In this document: one piece after another, positions 51,680 to 63,070 of the stretch
Layout of the letters: each line of letters begins with the position of its first letter
Position numbering within the stretch: position 1 is the first letter of the stretch
From: Camelus dromedarius
Taxonomy: Eukaryota
Direction of reading: 5' to 3'
Assembly (NCBI RefSeq): GCF_036321535.1
Contig: NC_087437.1
Span: forward strand, 84,942,001-85,006,000
Length of the DNA: 64,000 nt
Made by a program: the position numbers and the translations under genes
Notes under the pieces: generated by a model
Told to the model about the DNA's origin: nothing
The model's database searches: none
What the model saw: the letters and a program-made list of their open reading frames with translations, nothing else

Positions 51680-52180
51680 AGATTTCATTCAAGTGTTTCT
51701 TGAAGCTGATACTATGCAGAGATGTTATCACAGGTTGTATAAATGTAGCTAGAAAAAAAAACCCCACAAATTGATATTTAAAACAACTATAAAAAGTATA
51801 GCTAGTTATGCTAGATAGGTGGGTGATTGTGAATGGAAGTTTCTCTAAAGTGAAGAATACAGGGAGGGGAATCTGAGGCAAATATTTGCTCATATCAAGA
51901 AACGATTGAAATTTTAAAGCCTCTGCTAGTTCTTTCACACTGTTAAATGATTTAAGGACTGACATAGTTGACCTTATCATGACTCTGGTGCCTTAATTTG
52001 TTTTCAGATAAGGAAATATGGACATTGAGTTGGATACAGGGTAGCAAATCAGTGGTCCTCATGAAATGAATAGAGTTCTGAATTTCAGGGAAGAAACCCA
52101 AGAGAGAAAGAGTAAAGGCCTGCATCTTTATGGAGAGAAGGTGGAGGGAGGAAGAGAGGTCTGAAAAGGCTAAGTAGCAA
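51680..52180 (-). mobile_element. Diverged L2 fragment
   Basis: Antisense L2 terminus 'ttcattcaagtgtttcttgaagctgatactatgc' followed by a purine-rich body. Confidence 0.45.
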
Positions 52181-53287
52181 GATCTCAAGCCCTTTGCCTA
52201 AAGAGCAAGTTAATTTGTAGTGTCTGAGGTGTAGGAGAGAAGGATTAGCAACACACTTCTAAGAACAGATGCATGATGTGTTAGTGGCTTACTGTTCTAT
52301 GCTTCTGTACAATTCCTCCACTAACATAAACCTCCCTCCATTCAAATTTTGCTGCAAAAATACTTCTGACATTTAGTAGTGTTCTATGGAAATCCAGAGG
52401 GGCTGGTTCACTGGTTGTTCCATATTTGTTGGCTAACTTACATATTTAAAAATACTTGTTCCAGCTTCAGTAGGCAAGACAGGCAAGAGGAAGAATTCAG
52501 GGAAAGTATATCAAAACAAAGGATAATTAGGATAACTATAATTAAGCCTCTGAGATCCCTAGAGATTGGAAGCAAGGCTGGATTTCCATTTTTTGTGGGG
52601 TAAATAATCAAATTTTATTGTCTTGATATGAAGGAGTCCTTCAAAATGTCTGGAGTATCTGGAGACATCTGAGCAGCTTAGTTTATGTAAGCAAGATAGT
52701 GTCACCAATAATCTGTGGCGGAGATGATTCAAAGATAGTTACATGTTAAGTCACCACCTTTTTTCTTTCTGAATACCTTATGTACTTTTTTCTAGAAAAT
52801 ATCTCAGGATTAATGTAAGAGGATAGATTAAGCATGATTTAAATCTTCATATCAAATTCATGTAAGCATATATTCTGAAGCAAAGACTTAAAAATCAAAA
52901 TAATCCAAAGACACAGATACACTTTCTACGTAAGTTGAAACCCCTTAACCAAAGCATTGCCATAAATTATTTTCTAGTACACCACTTTTGCTTTCAAGTA
53001 CCTCTGATCCTTGACTTTGAATAACAGTTTTGGGTATCATCCCATATTAAGTCATGATAGCTGGTAACCATAGACAGGCAACAATCAATGGCTTCTTTAA
53101 TACAAGTGTTTATATGGCTATTATTTTCTGATCTCTCTGGGGCTGTGTTTATCATAAATAGAAAAGAAAAAAATATTTTGTAACTAGAGTTTTAATGATA
53201 AAACCAACCAAATCACCAAAGAACGTGGACAGAGTGTATATATCATTTTTTTTTTCTTCTGCAATTGCCACTTTCCTCTATAATCCT

Positions 53288-53450
53288 TCCATTCAATAAT
53301 GTGGAGTGGACCTATTCTGTGTCTGAAAGACAGCAATGATCCAAATGAATAACAATCTCTGCCTATCAAATTTACATTCTAGTGAGGCAGAGAGTAAATA
53401 TAATAAATAGGGGAATCCAAGTTGAGAAGTAATATGAAAATACTAGCAGG
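53288..53450 (-). mobile_element. L2 3' end
   Basis: 'ccattcaataat..acctattctgtgtctg..aatctctgcctatcaaatttacattctagtgagg'. Confidence 0.6.
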
Positions 53451-53585
53451 TTAAAGGGATTTTTGGAGCCATTTATAATTTGGGCCATATTGACATTAAT
53501 TAGGCTTCTGTTTAGCACAAGACACCATTAAAGAATGAAAGCGCAATGCATTAAATAAGATAGAATATTTCAATAACATATATAT

Positions 53586-54115
53586 CTGGATCAATCATGC
53601 TGGTTGACAATAAGGATCCCACTACTGGTTGTAGGTAGAGTGCAGATATCCCTTGGGATGTACTCACAGTGTAACTGTTTAAACTTCCACTGAGATCGTA
53701 ATCTGGAATATGACAACTGTCCACTGTGATGGTTTCCCAGTGTAAAGGGGATGTACTTACTGGTAAAATATTTCAGGCATTTGGGAAAGATAGGTAAAAT
53801 AGTAATTAAAATAGCTGTGGGATTGGATGGCTATGTTGGCTATAGTCAAGGCTTTGGAGATAGACAACAAATGAGAATGATTAATTACCAATTTGCAGTG
53901 AAGTATGAATTCCAAAGCACCCCTTAGGCAAAATATAAAGAGGCTCTCATCTTGGGCAGCTACAAAGCAGAAAAAGCATGAATCAGGTCTAGGAATAAGA
54001 GTAACAGACTACGGAAGAAGCAGGGTTGTCAAATTGTATGTCTGTATGCCAACGGAAGGGCTCTAATTTGGAAAGAATGGGACCCTCAGATATGGAAGAG
54101 GGCATGTGGGTTGAT
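53586..54115 (+). pseudogene. gag: ERV-L-class gag N-terminal remnant
   Basis: Translations DNKDPTTGCR*SADIPWD..LFKL, IFQAF, CGIGWL, INYQFAVKYEFQSTP*AKYKEALILGSYKAEKA, YANGRALIWKEWDPQIW..MWVD are colinear with recalled ERV-L gag motifs (..DSPW..; GIGWLLL; ..LKE.LISCS.RAE.AE; ..KVRALIGKEWDP.TW.GD.W.D). Multiple stops and frameshifts. Confidence 0.8.
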
Positions 54116-54119
54116 CTTG

Positions 54120-54385
54120 TTTTTCCACTTATTTGGTCAATGGAATGGGAGCAGAAACAAGGGTATATATTTGAGGTTAAACTTTGTCATCTCTTTTTTT
54201 CCACCAGTGCTTTTTCTTTTTCTTTTCCTTCTGATACAAGAACAGAATGTCCTCAATGGTACCTGCTTCTCCACCTTGGGAGATGGAATGGAAAACATTG
54301 TGGAACAGTGAGCAGCAGTCATCTCACTATTGAGAAATAATATTTAGTTTGTTTGTCACCACAGAATAACTAAAAATGCTGACCA
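54120..54385 (+). mobile_element. Old MaLR LTR fragment (MLT1I/J/K-like)
   Basis: 'tttggtcaatggaatgggagcagaa..ctgcttctccaccttggg..tttgtttgtcaccacagaataac..ctgac'. Confidence 0.55.
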
Positions 54386-55325
54386 CTGAGGAAACTATCT
54401 TAGAAAATGATTACACCCAGCAATTTGTTTTCTGTTTAACGTGTATAAAATATGCATCTATGAACTAATCATATGACCAGACTAATCTTTCTGAAAAATC
54501 ACTTTCCTTTGTTGTTTTAGGATTTCATGAGGATAGCAGCCTTTCTTATTTATGACGATATTTTGTTTAAACTGCAAAGGACCGCTAAGGACTAGGAAAA
54601 AAAACTGAGGAATGGTAAGCTCAGACTACTAATAAGTACTTCAAATATTTTCTCCTCTCTTGATGAATAGTGCACCTGCAACTTCTCAACACTTGGCAGT
54701 TTTAATTTTGGCCTTTTCTTTTCTTTTTTTAAATACAAGTAATGTGCAGCAGTCAAGGGAATTGCTGCCAAAACAAAAATGCATTGCTGTTAAATAGTGG
54801 ATACAACCAGAAAAAGTAAAACTCTATGAAATGCAACATATTTTTAGTACAGAATGGGACACTAAACAAGACTATCTCTTAAGTTTCTTTTCATTATGTT
54901 GACAATATGTTTCATCCCTTTATGTTTCCAGTAACATTTTCATTGCTTTTGAAACTGGGAATTTAAGGTTGAAATAATTAAATTATTTTAGTGATAATTC
55001 ACTTTATTTTTAGGGAGATATTTCTTCTGAAAATTGCCATAGAAGTCTATTCAAAGAGTAATCAAATTGTTTCTCAACTGCTAACAGTATAAACTAAACA
55101 TCTTTGATGGGTATTATTTTTATAAAACCTTGTAAATAATTTGATATTTAAGTTTGCTTTACTATTCTTTGAAAAATAAAGTGATGCCCAGAAAAATTGC
55201 ATACTTACTTCTTTAGACCACAGCCTCTTAAAAGATAGTAGATTTTTTAAAAAACAAGAACAACAGAAATAAAGATTTATACACAATTTACCTACAATTT
55301 TTCTTAGATTTCTCTAACATCCTTG

Positions 55326-55390
55326 ACACAGACACACACACACACACACACAAACAAGCACACAGACATGACACATACACCTAAACACAC
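55326..55390 (+). repeat. (CA)n microsatellite with degenerate CA-rich extension
   Basis: acacagacacacacacacacacacacaaacaagcacacag.. Confidence 0.9.
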
Positions 55391-56524
55391 AAAGTGAGGC
55401 TTCCGAAGATGCCCTCTTTATGTAGAAGGACCCTCATGTTAAATGGGGCAATAAATAATTATACTTCATCAAGAGCACAGCAAATAATTCAGGATAATTT
55501 GTATTTAATAGGACATGTATATGATACAATTAGGAAATGGTAGAGACAAAGGGCTCAATTTTTCATACTGCTCTTACTTCATGTTGTAAAAGAGTCTTCT
55601 TGAAGAATCAATCATTTCTATTTGGAAATAAAATTTACATTTCATTTTGTCAATGGCATTCTCATAAAAGAACAATTGTTGCCTTTTTAAAATGAAGTAT
55701 TATTTAAATATTTCCCACCACATTCTTTTGGATTAACTTTCTACTTAGTAAGTAAAATAATTAAAAAAGCAATTTTGATTCAGTAACAAGGAAATGAGAA
55801 ATGTATGTTTCAGATTTTAGTTTTAGTAGATACCTATTTATGACCCTTATAGAATTAGACTATTTCTCATTAGAACAGCTGTAGGCTGAAAAGACAATGA
55901 AGATATGTATACTTCAGACTTTTTAAAAAGTCGGTTAATGGCTTTTATTTAGTGTATACTTACATTAAGCACTCTAGAGGTAAGACTATCCTAGAAGTAT
56001 GTTTAAGAATTTTGTGTGCTTGTTTTTAGCATGCTCTCTTTCTAGAGGAATTGTGCTTACTCAAAGCATTCTAAAATTTTCTTTTGAATTTGGTATTTAA
56101 AAAACTCAACTGTTTTACCAATGGTAATATACCCAATGCATAGGTGAGAATACACTCATTCTGAGTCAGTGTTTTCACACTTACGCAAGAGGTGTTTCTA
56201 CAAAAGCAGTGTAAACCTAGAACAGAACATGCCTGGAAGCAAAGGCACTACAGTAGTTTTTAAGAAAATATATAGACAAAAGGAACAAGTGTATATTAAT
56301 CAAGTGTCTTTTTAAACAGACAAAACAATATTTAGTCATCTTTAATATTAATGACAAAAAGCTTTTATCTGGCTAATAATATTTATTGAGTTCCACTAGG
56401 AAGTTTCAACTGCCAAATATTCCCAGGTGTTTATTGACTGTAAATAATAACTAATCAAATGACAAAAGCTTTGGAATTCAAAGCTTTTGATTAAGCAAAG
56501 CAAAGTAAAGCAAATATATAGCAC

Positions 56525-56670
56525 TGTGGTCCTGGAAGGAATATTAGTTACAATTTCATCTATATTATTCTTTTAACAATAGATGAAAATGAGAGGCAGA
56601 AAAATTGAATGATGCTATGTCAAATAAATTGTTACTATAAAATCCAATTAAAATTTAAATTTTGCTATTT
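56525..56670 (-). mobile_element. MIR/MIR3 fragment
   Basis: 'ctggaagga..ttttaacaatagatgaaaatgagaggcagaaaaattgaatga' is the antisense MIR core. Confidence 0.5.
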
Positions 56671-58933
56671 CCCAACTTACACAGTATATGGACTTACTCT
56701 GTAAAGCTGAGGTATCTAAGAAGGGATTTCATAAGGTAAATCAGTATATTCTACAGAGCATTTCCACAAATTAATTGAAACATTTTATGTGCTATTATGC
56801 ACATGTAAACATCTTATTGAGGGCCATATACACATAGAGATGATAAATAATTCATCATTATCCCACTGCTACTGGTTTAGAAAAGTATATAAATACTAGT
56901 AAGAACTTTCTGCAGGCTGTATCACCTCTGTGTATGGCAGAGAATAATATACATTTTTATGCTTATTTTTCATAAAATATTTTAAAGATAATCAGTTGGA
57001 AGTATTCACCACATTTCTTACACATAATATTACTGTCATAATGTTTATAGAAAATTTCTAGAATTTTGATGATTATAAAATTTTGTTTCACTCCTAAAAT
57101 TAAGCAAAATTTTATTTTTACTAATGTAGGTTTTCATTGTTTGATAAATAAAATTTGCAGCAATGTAAGTTGCTTAAATCTGAAATTCTGTTTTTCTTTC
57201 TTTGATAGGAAAACTACATTTAAAAAAATATATCCAACAAAGAACAGAATTGCACTTCAGATCATGCTCAAGTTGTTAAAATTTTATTTCACATAAATAT
57301 ATTAATAACACAGGATTAACCTTTTTATATAAAATAAATAACTAAAGCTCATTTTAGTTTCAATAAGATAAATTAAAATACTTATTAGATTAATGTTTCA
57401 AGTTGAAATTAATACTTCGAATGTTTTTTTAACTATCTTTTTAAAAAGAATCAAGATTTTACATTAAATAATCTAATTATTTGACAAATCTAGATTTTTC
57501 TCACTTCTATTTTTGTGATTGATTTTTGAACACTGCATATTTCAAGTGAGAGAGAACCAAAAATGTTAGGATATGTATTTTTAGCATAATTGTCTTTCCC
57601 AGTCCCTCTATCAGCTAAGTAGTGTCTTCTGTTTGTCCAGTAGATTTCTCCCCATGTCCCATCTTCTCAAGAATAAGGATTCTTGCTTCCTAAATTAAGA
57701 GATCAAGTCTTCACTGCAAGAAAAGGGGGAAACAAGTGGAAAAAAAATGAAATTATTCATGGCTAAATCTTGGGACAAAAATTGAAATTTTGCTTAAGAA
57801 TAGTTGCAAAGAAATTGGTGCATTAAGAAAGGTATTTTAAGTGTTACTCTACTGTATAAGCTAGAAATCTTTTAGTGTTCTCAGAGAAAGGTAAGAATTG
57901 AATAATTTCCTAACTCTTTGAATAGTGTGTTCCATGGACTTAATACCAGTCTGAGACCACATGCATTTTAGGATTTGTAGGTATTATCCAGCATACATTT
58001 TTGTGACTTTCAAGTCTTACGCACCATTACATTGAAAATAAGCTCATTTTCCAATTATTGCAAATAACAAAATGCCTTCATCGTGCTTTGCTTTTCATAT
58101 TTTTATTTTTATGCAATTAGTCAGTTAGGCATCAGATATTCATTGAATACCTACTGTGTGTTAAATAGACTAGTTTAAAAGACCCTTATGGGAGTTAAAT
58201 ATTTTAAACACATACGTGAGGTAAGAATCCTCCTGCTTTGAAGGTTGATTCTTCTAATTATTTTCATCTTTTATTTTTGTAAGTAGATTTTATAAACCTA
58301 AGAATTTACCTATATTTTCCCCAATTCTAGTAATTGAGAACTCTACCTTTGCAATAGGAATCTAACAATATGATTTTTTTCTGAAAAGTTTATAAATTAT
58401 ATTTTTATAAGAAATTACTAGCAGTCATAAAGTCATACAATGAAAGTTGTAAGTTAGTTGTCCTTAAAACCCACTTGTTGGAGGTAATATTGAGAAATTT
58501 TTAGACAAAATTGAGAAAAAAAATGAAAAGAAAAAGCCTTGCTTCTGGCAGCTTGGTTATTGTCCGAGATCTACCAAAATGAAGGGAGTGATCTGGGTTA
58601 TCAAATTGATAATGTTATCTGCCTGTGCAGTACACTTAACGGTTTTCAGAATCAAGTTAAATATTGTAGATGAAAGAGAGGAGTTAATTAACTAGACTGG
58701 TATCCATTTCTCTTCCATTATCAGTGACACACTGGGAATGAAAGAATGTAGATAATGAGATTTAAATGCCTTGTAAGCACAATGATAATGGTCTTATATA
58801 CAGACCAATGATGTTTATTAGAAGGAAATTCTTTGACTGTGAAGTGCTTCTAGTTTACAACTGTTTTTGGTAAAAATGAAACAAAATTAGAATCTATGGA
58901 ATTCTGGAAAATGCTATATAGCATGTGAAACTA

Positions 58934-58985
58934 AACATAAAGTGAAGATATGTCAAACACTTGAACATAAAGTGGAGATATGTCA
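58934..58985 (+). repeat. Imperfect direct duplication, 30-bp period
   Basis: aacataaagtgaagatatgtca (58934-58955) and aacataaagtggagatatgtca (58964-58985). Confidence 0.9.
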
Positions 58986-61440
58986 TATCCTAGAATTCTT
59001 CTCGTTGGATGAAGTGACTTGCACACTTGTCTTTGAAAACTCTTCTATTATACTTGGCTACAAAGTACTTTTAAGGTGGAAAAGAAAACCTGGGGGGGTC
59101 ACACTCAGAAAACCTGACATCCCTCTACTTTGCCTACACCTCTTGATTTCTTATATTCTTGAATTTATTAGTAACACTTGATACTCATTTATATGAGTCT
59201 GATTTAGCAATCCTATCCTTTGTTTTAGCTCATTAAAGAAAACCTTAAATGCTAAATAAAATTTGAAGCATTAACATTATATCTGGTTTGTAAACCTCCT
59301 TCAGTTTTAAAACAACAACAAAAAACTTTTTCCTTTCCAAATCATAAAATTGCCTATGACAGTACTACTGAATATTTTAATTAAAGAGATCATATTGAAA
59401 ATTCAAAAATGAACTAGAAAAGAAATGTCACAACACTTATCTTTATTTTCAGCATCTTACTTTTTCAGACTTTGTTCTGATTTCTTAATGAAGCTCATAT
59501 TCTTGACAACCAGAGATTTGTAATAAGAAATAATTATTTTAGGAAATAGAGTTAGCATTGAAACTTGTGCTTTAAAAAACTCAAGTCATCAACATTGATG
59601 AAAATGATCAATTTGTATTTTCTAACGGAAAATATGCAAAGGATTTTTCAATTTGAAAGGAACTATGGAGTGACATTGGAAATAGAAGTAGTAACTATAG
59701 TTGTGGAGGTATAAAAGTGAGAACAGTAACGAAAAGAAAACCGGTGAAGGACCAATAAAATTAAATCAAAATAAACACGTAGAATATCTGGAGATTCATC
59801 AACCCAACTTGATGACATAGCAGTAGATGACAGGCTGGAATGTGTTAGAGCTATGACACAGAAGTTGATTAACATAAATATAGGACTATTGCTAGAGATA
59901 TTCTTGAGTAATCTTCTTGCAAACAGTAAACTTCTCTAACACTTTATATTTGGAGACACAGGACAAACTTGAATAATTATTTTCCAAAACTGAGTGAGGT
60001 ATAGAAACAGACAACCCAGGCAGATAATATTTGGAAAGCTGTATAGGTAATGTTTTCACTGTTTGCTCATGGTTAAGACAGTCCCCAGTTATCAATCTTG
60101 TGTTTTGGAATAAGACTTCTCATGTCACCGAACTGTACTGACTTTCCATGATACATCAAGGAGAAATGAGGTTTCTGTACATTATTGAAATGGGAACTGG
60201 CTGTGGAGAAGAAATAAAAACATCCACATACATGAACTTCAGCATAACTATGATACAGCTCAGGCTAAATAATGTAATCATAGGAGCACCAAAATTTAAA
60301 CAAGGGACATGCAGAGCAACACAAAACAAGTTTCAATTCAGTTCTACATGCCAACAGATCAATTATCTGAAGATAGCATCCTTCAAGATTCATTTTCCGA
60401 ATTTTAAAATAATCCCCATTTTTTCAACTTTTTTATAGGCTCTAACTTCATGTCCTTACAACATGCTAGTTCCTTTAATTTTAAAGATTAATCAAATTCT
60501 CTCAAAAACTATGGCACACATAAAAGTGAACACAGAACTTTATCTGTGCCATTGAATGAGTCCAGTAGCAAAAGTGTCCTTTTTTCACAGCAGTAAGGTG
60601 ATATGTCTGCTCCTCCAAAGAATAATCGTGTGTGTGACTTTAAAGTATTCATTGTCTATTTAATTTGTTTGATGAGAATGTTAATGGTTTTCCTATTAAA
60701 GTACATTTTTAAACATAAGGCATGATTCCACCTGTTTGCCCTTCACTGTCTCCTATTTTCAATCTTTTCAAACACTGTGCAGTATTAGATCAATTAAATG
60801 CCATGATGGACTAATAAGTGGCATTTATCAGGGCTCATCATACTTAATTATAATACTGTAGAACAATTACTTGGTCATTAGCTTCTTGTTCAATGAAGCC
60901 TCAGATTATCTTTATCAGAATTTCTAATACAGGCATGCAGCAGGATATGCTGACAACATACACTTCCTATAGGAAATCATTGGCAGAAAACACTGGGCAG
61001 TTGCTGTAACACTATCCAGTTGCTGTAACTGAAGATTTAATATTTAAATACTCAAGTTAAAACTTTGCCTCTTTTAGAGGTCTCAGAGCAATTCACAACT
61101 CCCCTTTTCAACTTGCCCCAGTGGTGCTTGTCCGTGGCCTGTTACTACACAGGCATCTGTACCACAATTGCAGATATTACTCAGTTGGAGATTTATAACC
61201 TTTGCTAAAATTATGATGCCTGTTTCAATAAGTGTATCTCTTCAACCCTCGGTTGCAAGATACAGGCTTCTCTCGTGCTCATATCTCTGTATGTTCCTCT
61301 AATTTTCAAATCAAAAGTTTTATCGTATATTTTTATGATTGAGATGTAGTATCCATGAACGGTGAACTTTAAAACTGAGACCCAAATTGTAGGCAAGATC
61401 TGAAGTGGCTTCCCTTGCAGTCATTTGTCTGGATAAGAGG

Positions 61441-61857
61441 TGTTAAAATAAAATAAAATGAAAACCAGGCTTGAAAATCTTCCAAGCCGACAAAACCATT
61501 TAAGCCACTTAAGAAAAACTAAATCTAGCTTATTTTATGAATTTAAGTGAAACTTAGGTTATCTCTTGTAAATGCCCCTAATAATCATAAAAGAAACTTA
61601 AGTCATCTTCCAAGCATGGTATAAGATAATTACTTTTAACCAATCTCATATCATCTTGAAACCTCCATTGTAATAACCAATCATTGTAAAGGTTAAACAA
61701 CTTCCTCATTTTCATGTTATAAACCATCCTGTGAAGTCATGACTCCGAGCTTCATACCAGTTTTGAATTTGAAAACTCCCAATTCAAGAACTGTTCTTTT
61801 GTGTACAATAATCTCATGCTAAATACTTTAGTGTTTACTTTTTCTAAATTTTTGACA
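61441..61857 (+). mobile_element. ERV1-class solo LTR
   Basis: Begins TGTTAAAA and ends TTTTGACA (imperfect terminal inverted repeat). Perfect 4-bp TSD GAGG (61437-61440 and 61858-61861). CCAAT at 61640 and 61677, TATAAA at 61718-61723, degenerate poly(A) signal AATAAT at 61807. Confidence 0.88.
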
Positions 61858-62327
61858 GAGGTATGAAAATGTGCAGGGTTTTAGTTGGACAGGATGCATT
61901 TACCTTGGAATTGCATTGCACACTGTACTCTGACACTATTAGTATTAGCAGCACAGTTGCTGTGCATGTTCGTGATATCAATAATGGTTACTTGCACTAG
62001 ATTTTCTTCGCTCCAAGATTAAAAGCCAGGTGTTTTAATAATGTTGTATCTGTGCTGTTTTCCTCCTTACGGTAGGAACAATATCTGATGCAGCAAAGTC
62101 CCTGCCTTTCTTGGGGAGCTATTTTCATACTAGCAACATTGACCCATATAAGAAAAAATATGTTCAAGTACAGGAGAAGGCACACAGGTGCACACTGTTA
62201 CCAGACAGAGTACAGCACCTTGGCTTCATATCTCTTCTTCAGTACAAACTACCAACACAACCAAGATTCAAAACATAGATTTTGCATCCCTTGAACTTGT
62301 ATCTACACTTTCTGAGTAGAGATATTA

Positions 62328-62392
62328 TGCCTGCCTGCAGGTCCTGCCATGTCCCTGCCTGCCTGCAGGTCCTGGCATGTCCCTGCCTGCCT
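62328..62392 (+). repeat. 28-bp tandem repeat, 2.3 copies
   Basis: tgcctgcctgcaggtcctgccatgtccc / tgcctgcctgcaggtcctggcatgtccc / tgcctgcct (1 mismatch). Confidence 0.95.
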
Positions 62393-62879
62393 ACGTAAAG
62401 TCTAATGTGATAGTGATTTTGATTTAATCTTATCCATTTGGCCTCTTAGGATTTCATATTCCAAAGATGTGTCGTGGCCATTTACCTAGCTAAAATCAAT
62501 AATTGACATATCTAAAAGCCCTGCTTCCCACTATGTGGAAGTATACTCTCATCCTTGATTTTCTGTAAATCAGATCCATTAAGGTGGGGACATAGAACCT
62601 TCAATTGTTCAAGTTCATAGATGTGTTGATTTTGGCCACAGGTCTCTCAGGGATTATGCTGTCTCAGTCCCAGGAACCCGTCGTGGAGACTGACTTCTCT
62701 CTGCTCTCCTCAGGCTGACTGCTATAACACAAGGTAAATTGTTATATTTTATATGTCTGAATACATAGAAACATTTAACACTTTAAAAGGCATGTATTTC
62801 CAATATATTACATTTACATGTATTAGAAATAACAAGAATATCCACTTTTGTGTAAGCCTTGAATTAAAGTTGCCAAGAT

Positions 62880-63070
62880 GGTAGAATTGACTTGTATTTT
62901 GACCTTTTTCACCTACATACTGTTGGACTTGGGCAGTTATTCTCCTTCTTTGAATTTCAATATGTCCTGTGAAGTGGGATCAGTAAGCTTGCATCAGCTA
63001 TTTTATAAAATATTTTAAGCTTCAAAAAATAATGAATAGAAAATGCTGTTAAAATACAAATTATTAACCA
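62880..63070 (+). mobile_element. MIR fragment
   Basis: 'gacttgggcagttattctccttctttgaatttcaat..ctgtgaagtgggat' matches the MIR core. Confidence 0.55.

Noticed and set aside
60150..60300. Possible CR1/L3 fragment
   Set aside because: Similarity is too weak to support by eye.
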